From Candidatus Bathyarchaeia archaeon (lineage in GTDB: Archaea; Thermoproteota; Bathyarchaeia; Bathyarchaeales; Bathycorpusculaceae): DNA of 42,734 bases. The notes beneath the pieces are model-generated. The model was not told the origin of the DNA. It ran no database searches and worked only from the letters and a program-made list of their open reading frames with translations. This document shows positions 1 to 9,011 of this stretch, piece by piece (the first letter of the stretch is position 1; the number at the start of each line of letters is the position of its first letter). The DNA lies in the NCBI GenBank assembly GCA_049969855.1, contig JBMFOB010000011.1, positions 1 through 42,734 of the forward strand, read 5' to 3'. Made by a program: the position numbers and the translations under genes.

Positions 1-207
1 GTGAATAATGTCTGGAGAAACAACCTTCAAAACCACAGGAAAACCAATAGCCTCAGCAAACTTGACGGCTTCAGCCTCACTTTTCGCCACCTCAAACTTC
101 GTAACGGGAATCCCATACTCAACACAAACAGTTTTAGCCTCAGGCTCAAGCAAGAAATGCCTTCCCTCTTTGCGGACTTTTAGAATTAAGTTGGAAACTT
201 TTGTCAA
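1..207 (-). CDS. acdB: Acetate/acyl-CoA ligase (ADP-forming) beta subunit, 5' part only (runs off the window edge)
   Basis: Not in the ORF track. Manual translation from TTG at 207 gives (M)TKVSNLILKVRKEGRHFLLEPEAKTVCVEYGIPVTKFEVAKSEAEAVKFAEAIGFPVVLKVVSPDIIH, the typical ACD-beta ATP-grasp N-terminus. RBS-like GAGGCTG lies upstream. Confidence 0.9.
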   Translation of the reverse strand, partial: MTKVSNLILKVRKEGRHFLLEPEAKTVCVEYGIPVTKFEVAKSEAEAVKFAEAIGFPVVLKVVSPDIIH

Positions 208-296
208 TTTTTACAGCCTCATGCTGATTTATCATGTATAAGTGTGGCTTTTGTTTAAAATGATTTTGCTATGAATATCATTTTGTGCAATGGATT

Positions 297-746
297 TCAT
301 GGCGGAGGGTTGAAGGCGTTTTGATAGTACCACATGAAAGTTTCGCCGTTAGCGATGAGGTAACTATCTACGCTTTCCCAAACAATCTCCCAAGAGTTGC
401 CTGTACTATTCCATACCCAATAAGTCCATCCATAAGAATCTGCTTTGCCAACACCGTTTATTGATGTTATTTCTGTTCCGTATATGCCAACTTGATATGT
501 TATATTGGCAACCTGTTTTGTCACGTCAAAAAGCGTCATTCCAGTTAATGTCTTTGTGCTGTTATGCCAAATTCTTGTTGCGTTTCCGTAATCTATGCCG
601 ACGTTAACGTATATGAGTACGCCGCCTATCCTATTGTTTAAGTCTGTGTATTGAAGCCAGTAGTACCCAGCCGTCAGAGAGGCAGTTAAAGCCCACAAAG
701 CAAGGAGCATTGAAATGATGACCCACTTATTTTTTAGAAACGCCAA
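297..746 (-). CDS. Membrane-anchored DUF4430-like (transcobalamin C-terminal-like) protein, putative corrinoid-binding partner of an ECF transporter
   Basis: N-terminal TM helix; 'ITSINGV...GWTYWVWN...VDSYLIANGETFMWYY' pattern; overlaps the upstream ECF S-component gene. Confidence 0.7.
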   Translation of the reverse strand: MAFLKNKWVIISMLLALWALTASLTAGYYWLQYTDLNNRIGGVLIYVNVGIDYGNATRIWHNSTKTLTGMTLFDVTKQVANITYQVGIYGTEITSINGVGKADSYGWTYWVWNSTGNSWEIVWESVDSYLIANGETFMWYYQNAFNPPP

Positions 747-1288
747 TTGTTTTCACCTCCAACAATTTTTACTATGGCACTGATTACTGGGATGCATCCT
801 ACCCCAAAAAAGAAGGCGTTGCTTATAACGTGGACAACTCCGAAGGGGACAAAACCCACAATTACCGCAAAAAAGGGATTCCAGCCGGCTACCCAGCCGA
901 AAACAATGTTTGTGATGATATCATAAATAAATGTTAAAAATACTCCAGCAACCCCGAAAAAAATGTATAAACCAACTCCATTTTTGAGTTCATCAGGCTC
1001 ACTTAGTTTTAGGCTTTTCCTGACAAGGGCTCCGCCAATGCCGTATATTGCCTCTGAGAACATGGTTGAAATCCATATTGGAAAGGAAAAACCGAGAGGA
1101 TTCAGAGAACCATAAATCAACCATGAAAAAATTCCAATTAACGCTCCAGCGATGGGTCCGAAGCAGAAGCCTCCGACGAAGACTATGAAATCCATGAATT
1201 TTACATTGTAGAGGGATATCATAGCGTAATTGGTGCTTATGGAAAGGGCGACGAGAATTATTATTATGGCTAATTGTTTCGGTTTCAT
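734..1288 (-). CDS. ECF transporter S component, CbrT-like (probable cobalamin specificity)
   Basis: 184 aa and very hydrophobic; 'YNVKFMDFIVFVGGFCFGPIAGALIG' resembles the S-component FGP..G motif; linked to a DUF4430-like gene. Confidence 0.7.
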   Translation of the reverse strand: MKPKQLAIIIILVALSISTNYAMISLYNVKFMDFIVFVGGFCFGPIAGALIGIFSWLIYGSLNPLGFSFPIWISTMFSEAIYGIGGALVRKSLKLSEPDELKNGVGLYIFFGVAGVFLTFIYDIITNIVFGWVAGWNPFFAVIVGFVPFGVVHVISNAFFFGVGCIPVISAIVKIVGGENNWRF

Positions 1289-1338
1289 TGTATGGTTGGA
1301 TTATCCATCCAACTATAAAATTGTTTCGCTCATAAAAA

Positions 1339-2528
1339 CTAAGGCTGCTGCATCAGAAAAGCGTAGACTTTTGCATCTTCAACTAGGTTTTGTATTTTTG
1401 TGTATTCGTTTGGTTGGTGTGCTGTTTCGTCTATTGTGCTCCACACGACGGCTGGAATGCCTATTCTTCTGAAGAAGGCGGCACATGTTCCTCCGCCTAT
1501 TCCTCCAACTTTTGGTTCTATTCCTCTAATGGTTTTTATTGCATTTTTCAGCATAGTTACAATTTTTGAGTTTGGGTCTGTTGGTTTTGGTGCAGCGCTT
1601 TTCTGGATTATTTCAATTTTTATTTTGGCTCCTGTTTTCTTTTCAAATTCTTCCGCCAGCGCTTGGATATTGCCTAATACTTCTTCTATGTTGTAGTTTG
1701 GCAGTACTCTGCAGTCGAAGTGTGTTATGTCTTCTCCTGGAACAATGTTTACTGCATCCACGTTCCTATCCTTCTTTGTTGGTTCGAAGGTGCTTTCAGG
1801 CGGGTCGAAGTATGGGTCTTTAAGCGAATATTTCTCATGCAACATCTTGTCTAAAGCTAAGGCATATTCCATTCCTATTCGGTGGGCGTTTAAGCCCATG
1901 TGGGGTCTGCTGGCGTGGGTTTGTTTCCCAATTGTTCGAATTCTAAACCATAAAGCGCTTTTTTCAGCAATTTCTATGAAACTTCCATTGTCGTTTCCGC
2001 TGTCCGGCACGATTATTAAATCGTCTTTCCTGAAAAGCCCCTGATTTATTAAGTGTTGGATTCCATACTTGCTTCCTTGTTCCTCGTCGGCTACGAAGGC
2101 TAAGGCAACTGTTCTTTTCGGTTTTATGCCTAAACGCTTTAGGGCTTTCACGGCGAAAATTGAGGCAATCATGGAGTGTCCATTGTCTTCGCTTCCACGC
2201 CCATAAATTCGCTCATTTTTAATTGTTGGTTTGAAAGGTTTTGTAACCGTCCAAAGAGATTCTTCTCCAGAAGGGACAACGTCAAGATGGGTTATTATCC
2301 AAAGCCTTTCAGCGTTGCTTTCGCCTTTAACTGAAGCTATAATGTTTGGTCTTTTACCCGTTGGAACCCGCTTGTCTTCAGCATCCACACGTTCTATCTT
2401 ATCAAAGCCTATAGGCGCCAAAATTTGGCTTCTGGGGCAATAGCTGGAACGCTGATAAGCTCCATGAGGGCTTTGACCATTTCACTTTTTTGGTTTTCAA
2501 TTTCTGAAGAAACCTTTTGAAACTCCAT
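1339..2528 (-). pseudogene. M20 family metallo-hydrolase (ArgE/DapE-like), frameshifted near 2428
   Basis: Main ORF 1339-2421 has M20 motifs HLDVVP, YGRGSEDNG, DEEQGS, GKQTHAS and AHQPNE. The natural N-terminus (ATG 2528, MEFQKVSSEIENQKSEMVKALMELISVPAIAPE) is in a different frame. Confidence 0.75.
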
Positions 2529-2599
2529 ACTTACCGCATCCATTACTTTAGAGCGTAATGTGTTTGATGCCTTTAATGTTTTCCCAAAAAATAAAGGTT

Positions 2600-3565
2600 T
2601 TAGCTTAACTCTTGCAAAGCCCTAAGGCGCTTAATTATGTTTGGATGAGTTGAGAAAATCTCTGCAATTCTATCTGCCAAGGTTATTTGCTTTGATAGAA
2701 GTTCTTGAACCAGTTTTTGGTCGCTTGCCGCATTTACGGTTGAAATTGCCATAGAATCTGCTTCTGCATGGTCTGGATCTGTAATGAATAAGGCTTTGAA
2801 AGCATACATATTTTGGGTCTGCTTCTTCACGTATTTCATGTTTTTTGTCATTTGAACTATTTTTGCTAAACCTTCTGAAAGTTTTCTTGGACCGTCTTCA
2901 ACTATTGATGCACTGTGCCTATCCGCATAATATTCGCGTGTACGGCTCAGCATTGTGACACAGACATAGTTTAAGAAAAGTGAGAAAGCTAATAGAACCA
3001 TACCTATTATTGCGGTGCCTCCGCCTGCGTCATCTCTTCTTCTGCTGTACATGGATGAAAGCATAAGCGAATACCCTAAATAGTAGAATAGGGCTGGCAA
3101 AAGCGACACAAACATCATCACTTGCACGTCTCTGTGCTTCAGATGTCCAAGCTCATGACCAATAACGGCTTCCACTTCCTCGAAATCTAATGTTTTTAAA
3201 AGTCCAGTTGTGACGGCTACGCGGTTTCCAGCTATTGGTGAGCCATAGGCGAAGGCGTTTGGTATTGGAATTTGGGCAAGCATAAGCCTTGGCTTTTTTA
3301 TTCCACTTTTTCTGCTTAGGTTTTCAACAACTTCGTGGAGTTTTGGATTTTCGCTTTCTGGAATTGCTCTCACGCGGTAGAGGGCGTCAATGATGTATGG
3401 TGATATTAACCATTGGATAATGTTGAAGGCAACAACCAAGATGCCAAGAGTTACCAAATCTATAGGGCCGAGTAAGCTTAAAACTAATGTTAAGAAAAGC
3501 GTGGACAGGCTTATTATTATGGCTAAGGAACCAACCAATGATAGGCGAAGTTTCCAAATATTCAT
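2600..3565 (-). CDS. htpX: Zinc metalloprotease HtpX (peptidase M48)
   Basis: PNAFA, HELGH zincin motif, SRTREYYAD and FSTHP. Start placed at MNIWKL (3565) instead of 3628. Confidence 0.92.
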   Translation of the reverse strand: MNIWKLRLSLVGSLAIIISLSTLFLTLVLSLLGPIDLVTLGILVVAFNIIQWLISPYIIDALYRVRAIPESENPKLHEVVENLSRKSGIKKPRLMLAQIPIPNAFAYGSPIAGNRVAVTTGLLKTLDFEEVEAVIGHELGHLKHRDVQVMMFVSLLPALFYYLGYSLMLSSMYSRRRDDAGGGTAIIGMVLLAFSLFLNYVCVTMLSRTREYYADRHSASIVEDGPRKLSEGLAKIVQMTKNMKYVKKQTQNMYAFKALFITDPDHAEADSMAISTVNAASDQKLVQELLSKQITLADRIAEIFSTHPNIIKRLRALQELS

Positions 3566-3664
3566 CGTCCTACACCAATTAATGTTGACGGGTGAGCGGT
3601 GACTTATATTTTTTGCGGAAAAGAACAACTATTCTTAAATGATTCATAGAACAAAACTGTTTAT

Positions 3665-4687
3665 ATGGATACGCTGATTGACGATGTTGGAAGCTTCCCC
3701 TTACCCCAATCGATAGATAGGAAATTGTTTGACAGGGCATATGTTCTTGCAAGAGAAGCCATAACCAACGGAAAAGACATAAAGAAAGACGAATTCTTGC
3801 TAAACAACTTCCACAATGTCATAATGGAATCTTTTAAGAAAAAGTTGGAAACAGGCTTAGACATTGTCAATTATCCACAACATTATGACATGCACAAACA
3901 ATTCACAGAAACAATCCGAGAAGCCATGAATAAAGGCACATACGTGGTTGAAGAAAAAAACGCAATAATACCAGAAGTGCACATAATTAAAGAAGAAGCA
4001 GAAAGGCTTAGCAAGGAAATTGGGGAAAAAATTTCGCTCCGCATCTGCGTTACAGGGCCGATGGAACTCTACTTAAAAATGGTTGGAGTAGTTCCTTACA
4101 AGGAAGTTCTCCTAATGTTTGCAGAAACCGTAAAGCGTTTCGCAAAAAACTCAATTTTAAACTCCAAATACGTCAAAACAGAAATTGTTTCGCTGGATGA
4201 ACCAAGCTTCGGATTCCAAGAAGTAACAGCAGACAAAAACACCATATCAGAAGTGCTGGAAAAAGCCTTTGATTTTTCAGGCGTAACAAAACAGATTCAC
4301 CTCCACTCTTCATCACGAGTTGCAGACTTATTAGAGGTTAAGAACCTTAATGTGCTATCCTTTGAGTATGCTGCTTCCCCAAAAAACATTGAAGCAGTCT
4401 CCAAAAAAATGCTGGAAAAAGCAGACAAACAAATAAGAGTTGGCATATCAAGAACAGACATAAACAGCATAACAGCAGAACTTTACGAAAAAGGCATAAC
4501 CAAACCCAATGCTGAACAATTAGTTGAAAGCGAAGAGACTATACGAAAAAGGTTCTTAAAAGCCAAAGAAAAATATGAAGAAACAATGACTTTTACGGGT
4601 CCAGACTGCGGCCTAGGCGGATGGCCAACACAAGAAACTGCACAACTTCTCCTAAAAAGAACCGTTAAAGCCGTGAAAAAAGTATAA
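3665..4687 (+). CDS. Core (single-barrel, folate-independent) methionine synthase, MetE C-terminal-like / Mes family
   Basis: DDVGSFPLP, VTGP, SLDEPS, HLH, GPDCGL; 340 aa with no N-terminal MetE barrel. Confidence 0.75.
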   Translation: MDTLIDDVGSFPLPQSIDRKLFDRAYVLAREAITNGKDIKKDEFLLNNFHNVIMESFKKKLETGLDIVNYPQHYDMHKQFTETIREAMNKGTYVVEEKNAIIPEVHIIKEEAERLSKEIGEKISLRICVTGPMELYLKMVGVVPYKEVLLMFAETVKRFAKNSILNSKYVKTEIVSLDEPSFGFQEVTADKNTISEVLEKAFDFSGVTKQIHLHSSSRVADLLEVKNLNVLSFEYAASPKNIEAVSKKMLEKADKQIRVGISRTDINSITAELYEKGITKPNAEQLVESEETIRKRFLKAKEKYEETMTFTGPDCGLGGWPTQETAQLLLKRTVKAVKKV

Positions 4688-4719
4688 ACAAAAATCATAC
4701 GGAGCAAAAGCCTTGTGTA

Positions 4720-4826
4720 TGGCGGGCCCGCCGGGAATTGAACCCGGGACCTACGGGTTAAGAGCCTCAACCCAACCCCGTGCAGCGGTTTGGTCCGCCG
4801 CTCTAACCTTACTGAGCTACGGGCCC
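4720..4826 (-). tRNA. tRNA-Lys(CTT) with a 29-nt intron (4766-4794) at position 30/31; CCA encoded
   Basis: Minus strand reads GGGCCCG-TA-GCTC-AGTAAGGTTA-GAGC-G-GCGG^intron^G-CT-CTT-AA-CCCGT-AGGTC-CCGGG-TTCAATT-CCCGG-CGGGCCC-G-CCA. A bulge-helix-bulge forms at the junctions. Confidence 0.95.
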
Positions 4827-4925
4827 GTTTGTTAGGCTTTCTATTTATGCAGTTTAACAGCGCTTTAATAAATTTAGCTTTCTACAATAGTTTTTAAGAG
4901 TTACCAATAATATTTTGGTTGTTGA

Positions 4926-5738
4926 GTGGTGAAAGTGTTGGGTGAAATTGTCTTTGTTGGGCTTGGTTTGCATGACGAAAAAGGAATAAGTTTGCGTGGT
5001 TTAGAGGAGGTTAAAACTGCAGACAAAGTTTTCATAGAACTTTACACAAGTTTTATGCCAAATTTTTCAATAAAACGGTTCGAGGAGCTTTCTGGAAAAA
5101 GGGTTCAGAAAATTTCACGGAGAGAGCTTGAAGAGGAGAATGGAAAAATCATCATAGAAGCTGCTAAAAGGGGCAAGGCTGTTCTTCTTGTTCCAGGAGA
5201 CCCGCTGATTGCAACAACACATGTAGCCTTAAGAGTTTATGCTGAAAGGCTTGGAGTAAAAACGCGTGTGGTTCATGGAGCTTCCATAATTTCTGCTGTG
5301 GCGGGCTTGTCTGGTTTGCATAATTACAAGTTTGGAAAAAGCGTTACCATACCGTTCCAAAATGAAAATCCTTCAGAAACGCCTTATGAGGTTATTGCCA
5401 AAAACAAGGAAAATGGGCTTCACACCCTTTGCTTATTAGACATTAAAGCTGAGGAGAAACGTTACATGAGAATCCGTGAAAGTTTAGAAGTGCTTTTGAA
5501 AGTTGAAGAGAAAAGAAAAAAGAATGTTGCCACAATGGAAACTCTTGCCGTTGGAGTGGCAAGAGCTGGAAGTAGCAACCCCACAGTGAAAGCCGACTTC
5601 ATAAAAGAATTGTTAAACTATGATTTTGGAGAGCCACCATACAGCATTGTTTTTCCAGCAGCACTTCATTTTATGGAAGCTGAAGCCCTCATAACCTTGG
5701 CTGGAGCCCCAGAAAAAGTTAGGAGAATGATTGTATGA
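4926..5738 (+). CDS. dph5: Diphthine synthase
   Basis: VGLGL, ELYTS, PGDPLIATTH, HNYKFGKSVT, GLHTLCLLDI and LHFMEAEAL motifs. Confidence 0.95.
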   Translation: MVKVLGEIVFVGLGLHDEKGISLRGLEEVKTADKVFIELYTSFMPNFSIKRFEELSGKRVQKISRRELEEENGKIIIEAAKRGKAVLLVPGDPLIATTHVALRVYAERLGVKTRVVHGASIISAVAGLSGLHNYKFGKSVTIPFQNENPSETPYEVIAKNKENGLHTLCLLDIKAEEKRYMRIRESLEVLLKVEEKRKKNVATMETLAVGVARAGSSNPTVKADFIKELLNYDFGEPPYSIVFPAALHFMEAEALITLAGAPEKVRRMIV

Positions 5739-6007
5739 GTTTGGAAGCGCTTGTTGCGAAGTATATAGCTTCTGCAGAGCATGCTTTTAGGGAAATCCAA
5801 ATTTCTGAAACTCCTGTTAATATTGACGCTGAAGGCGTTAGAGAGGTTGTTGAATTTGCTAAAGCCTATTTGGAGGATGCAAAGTATTATATGGATAGAA
5901 AGAAATTTGAGGTAAGCTTGGCTTCTGTTGCCTACTGCGAAGGCTTACTGGACGCTTTAAAACTGTTGGGAGCCGTGAAGTTTGAATGGTCAATAAAAGA
6001 AAAATAG
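5735..6007 (+). CDS. DUF357 domain protein
   Basis: AKAYLEDAKYY...ASVAYCEGLLDAL; ATGA overlap with dph5, its usual neighbour. Confidence 0.85.
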   Translation: MSLEALVAKYIASAEHAFREIQISETPVNIDAEGVREVVEFAKAYLEDAKYYMDRKKFEVSLASVAYCEGLLDALKLLGAVKFEWSIKEK

Positions 6008-6438
6008 TTCTTGCGTCTGGCGTATTTGACTTACTGCATCTTGGGCATGTAAGATACCTTGAAGAAGCAAAAAAGGCTGGAGGAAAAAACTCTGAACTCA
6101 TAGTTATAATAGCAAGAGACAGCACGGTTGAAAAGCGGAAAGGAAAGAAACCCATAATGCCAGAACACCAAAGGCGGGCTCTTGTAGAATCCCTAAAGGT
6201 TGTGGATGAGGCAATTTTGGGCTTTGAAGAATTTGACATTGGAAAGGTTGTGGAAAAGATAAAGCCAGACGTCATTGTCGTAGGATATGACCAAGATAAT
6301 ATGGAGCAAGCTGTGAAAAACTATGTTAAAGAGAAGCGATTAAGGATTAAGATTGTGAAGATTGGAAAGTTCGGAGAAGACGAGTTGGACAGCTCCTCAA
6401 AAATTAAACAGAAAATTATTGAAGATTTTAAAAGATGA
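5986..6438 (+). CDS. ribL: Archaeal FAD synthase (cytidylyltransferase family)
   Basis: SGVFDLLHLGH (HxGH motif), IIARD, LKVVDEAILG, GYDQ, SSSKIK; lies next to the riboflavin kinase gene. Confidence 0.8.
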   Translation: MVNKRKIVLASGVFDLLHLGHVRYLEEAKKAGGKNSELIVIIARDSTVEKRKGKKPIMPEHQRRALVESLKVVDEAILGFEEFDIGKVVEKIKPDVIVVGYDQDNMEQAVKNYVKEKRLRIKIVKIGKFGEDELDSSSKIKQKIIEDFKR

Positions 6439-7052
6439 AAGCCATGTTTAAGGTTTCTAAAAGTTTCACGCCAACCTACCTAATCATCACATTAAACATT
6501 ATTGTTTACGCTTACACAGCTATCCTTAGCAACAACTTTCTCATGATAGACGACTCTGTTCTCAGCATTTATGGACAATTTAACCTGGAAGTTTTTAGGG
6601 GAGCCTACTGGCAACTTTTTACATCCATGTTTGTCCACGTAAGCATAATGCACATTTTAGGTAACATGTTCTTCCTCCTAATTTTCGGGTTGAGGGCAGA
6701 AGAAATCTTCTCAACCCCAGAATACTTGCTCATTTACTTCTTAAGCGGATTGGTTGGAAATCTTTTAACGCTGCTTTTTGGTCCATACATGCTTTCCGCT
6801 GGGGCTTCAGGCGCCATTTTCGGATTGTTCGGAGCGTGCACAATTTATTTTAGACGTGCAATTGGACAGTCGATTATGAGCGCTTTAGTTTATGCTTTCT
6901 TTCTGCTCATGCTTAGTGCAAGCCCCAACGTGAATTTTCTGGCTCATTTTGGCGGTTTAGCTGTTGGATTGTTGATGGGATATGGGCTGGCGGCAACACG
7001 CAAAACCAAAGCACGATATGAATATCATTATTCTTTTGCGGCAAGAAGTTGA
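6435..7052 (+). CDS. Rhomboid family intramembrane serine protease
   Basis: WQLFTSMFVH, HILGNM, GASGA (catalytic Ser), AHFGG (catalytic His). Confidence 0.93.
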   Translation: MKAMFKVSKSFTPTYLIITLNIIVYAYTAILSNNFLMIDDSVLSIYGQFNLEVFRGAYWQLFTSMFVHVSIMHILGNMFFLLIFGLRAEEIFSTPEYLLIYFLSGLVGNLLTLLFGPYMLSAGASGAIFGLFGACTIYFRRAIGQSIMSALVYAFFLLMLSASPNVNFLAHFGGLAVGLLMGYGLAATRKTKARYEYHYSFAARS

Positions 7053-7053
7053 G

Positions 7054-7746
7054 TTATGGAAGCGTTAAAACTTCCACCTTCACCTTATGCCCATCCTTAA
7101 GTTTAAGTTGTTTCCGCAGAAAAATTGGAGCAATAACCTCAATCACGGAAACATCATAATGGCTTCTTAAAGCCAAAACCAAAGCACCCTTCACTTTATT
7201 CTCTATTATCACTGGATAAGCCTTCACAGGTCCAAAAGTGCGATTTTCATTTTTGAAACCTTCAATTTCAATGGCTGGATAAGCCTCAAGCTCCGACCGC
7301 GTCTTAACATCGTAATCAGTTGTAAGCTTAAGATTAAGCGTGCCAGGATAGGGATCAAAACCCAATTTCTCTATAAACTGTTTTTTATATGGCTCTCGGG
7401 ATATGTAATAAGCGCCCTCACCCAAACCAGTGAAGACAACACCTTCCAAAGTTATTGAAGGAGGATATTCAGCCTCCATTAGAAAGCGCAGGTTTGAATA
7501 AAGCCTTTTCAACTCTTTAAGTCCCGCATCGGTGATTTTTATTAGGCAGCCATCTGGAGTTATGGTTCTCTTAATCCAACCTTTATTGTCCAACTCAATC
7601 AAGTAACGGGAAGCAGTTTGCTGAGAAGCGCTCAGCTTCCTAGCCAAATATTCTGAGGAAATTTTCGCAGTTCTACGGTGAGCTCCCATCTCAGCCAACT
7701 TTAAAAGAGTGAAAAGATTGCGCCACTCATGCTTTTCAGCAGCCAT
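7054..7746 (-). CDS. ribK: CTP-dependent riboflavin kinase with N-terminal winged-HTH (RbkR-type)
   Basis: SASQQTASRYL HTH; TGLGEGAYY, PYPGTLNL, LRKQLKLKDG. Confidence 0.92.
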   Translation of the reverse strand: MAAEKHEWRNLFTLLKLAEMGAHRRTAKISSEYLARKLSASQQTASRYLIELDNKGWIKRTITPDGCLIKITDAGLKELKRLYSNLRFLMEAEYPPSITLEGVVFTGLGEGAYYISREPYKKQFIEKLGFDPYPGTLNLKLTTDYDVKTRSELEAYPAIEIEGFKNENRTFGPVKAYPVIIENKVKGALVLALRSHYDVSVIEVIAPIFLRKQLKLKDGHKVKVEVLTLP

Positions 7747-7815
7747 TCTGGAACCTCACATGTCCAAAATAAAGGTGGAAACTGCGTATTTAAATGGCTC
7801 GAAAATCTTTAGGGT

Positions 7816-8586
7816 TTATGCTTTATAACATGTTGCGTTTGCTTGAACAAATATTTCGCGTAAATCGTTAACATGCGCTGAAACTTGTATCGTGTCAGAA
7901 ACCGTGATAACAGTGAAGGATATGGCGTATGTGCCGTTGCCGTAATCTGTTATGGAAAGATTGTTTGATGAATTAACGGGCAACCAGACTCCGAGGTTTT
8001 CATAGTATAGCGTTATGTTTTTGGCTAGGGCTGGTTCTCCATCATTGAAAACTTGACATATTAAACTAAAAGATTTCTCCTCATCACCAGTGCAGTAACC
8101 ATCTAGTGTAACGGCAGTTGTTACGTTGACGGCGTAGCTTGCTGTAATATTTGCGTTTAATCCATAAACAGCCAGTGAGAAGTTTGCGTAAGCACTTGAA
8201 ACTCCAAATCCGCTGGTATCACTCCAAGAAAGCCATATGCCATCTGCATAATTTGAATCATTTAGAACATTGAAGGATAAAATGCATATTCCATACTGGT
8301 TTAGGCTTCTATAAGCTTGAGAGAGGTTGTTCAAGTTTGCATCCAAAACCGATTTTTCTCCGCCTTTTGAGATGTTTGCCAGCGAGCTTATGACAGCATT
8401 TCTTGAGCCTTGTTTTATGGCTAGTGCTAATTCGGCTATCAACTGGTCTTGTGTTGCCGTTTTTTCCTTGCTGACTTCGTAAACATACATCGTTGTTGAG
8501 GATATAAGGATGGCTATGGCTAATGCTGCAACTATGAGAAGCTGCCCAGAACTGTTTCTCTTAGGCTTCTCTTCACACTTTTTCAT
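7816..8586 (-). CDS. Putative minor pilin / pilus-associated protein with class III signal peptide
   Basis: KPKRNSSG|QLLIVAALAIAILISS; start moved to MKKCEEK (ATGA overlap with the upstream gene); many N-x-S/T sequons. Confidence 0.7.
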   Translation of the reverse strand: MKKCEEKPKRNSSGQLLIVAALAIAILISSTTMYVYEVSKEKTATQDQLIAELALAIKQGSRNAVISSLANISKGGEKSVLDANLNNLSQAYRSLNQYGICILSFNVLNDSNYADGIWLSWSDTSGFGVSSAYANFSLAVYGLNANITASYAVNVTTAVTLDGYCTGDEEKSFSLICQVFNDGEPALAKNITLYYENLGVWLPVNSSNNLSITDYGNGTYAISFTVITVSDTIQVSAHVNDLREIFVQANATCYKA

Positions 8587-9011
8587 GTAACCACCGCCAA
8601 AAGCAAATGAATTATGTAACAATGAAAAGTTACGCCTTGACTTGCACAAACATACTCTACAAAGGCAATCTGTTGGCTGCCGAATCCTCCATTAGAAATC
8701 ACATCCGTGTTTATTTGCTGCATCTGCTCATCATAAACTGTCATGTTAAAGCATACGCCTGTTGGCAGAATAAGATTAAGGGCATCCCTTAAGCCATTCC
8801 AGTTTCCATCATCGATGTATTTGGCGAGGCTTCCATCAGAATCCAAAATTATAAGTGCTTGTAATCCAACAGATGCCAAATCATCATTTTTTGTTCTGTT
8901 TTGTGTTACTGTTAGATTTGCGGAAATTGTGAAAGCTGAGAAGATTATAAGCACTGATAAGAAGGCTTCAACAATTCTAATTTGTCCTTTATCACGCCCT
9001 TTCATTTTCAT
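8583..9011 (-). CDS. Putative minor pilin with class III signal peptide
   Basis: MKMKGRDKG|QIRIVEAFLSVLII; translationally coupled within the pilus operon. Confidence 0.72.
   Translation of the reverse strand: MKMKGRDKGQIRIVEAFLSVLIIFSAFTISANLTVTQNRTKNDDLASVGLQALIILDSDGSLAKYIDDGNWNGLRDALNLILPTGVCFNMTVYDEQMQQINTDVISNGGFGSQQIAFVEYVCASQGVTFHCYIIHLLLAVVT

Noticed and set aside
1-241. Plus-strand ORFs 1-183 and 8-241
   Set aside because: Antisense shadows of the acdB fragment on the minus strand.
1289-1338. Cobalamin riboswitch upstream of the ECF gene
   Set aside because: The gap is only 50 nt and holds a TATA-like element; there is no room for the structure.
4483-4770. 95-aa minus-strand ORF
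   Set aside because: Starts inside the tRNA and runs antisense to the methionine synthase gene.
4688-4925. Integrated element at the tRNA
   Set aside because: No integrase, and I saw no duplicated tRNA 3' end; the flanks are housekeeping genes.
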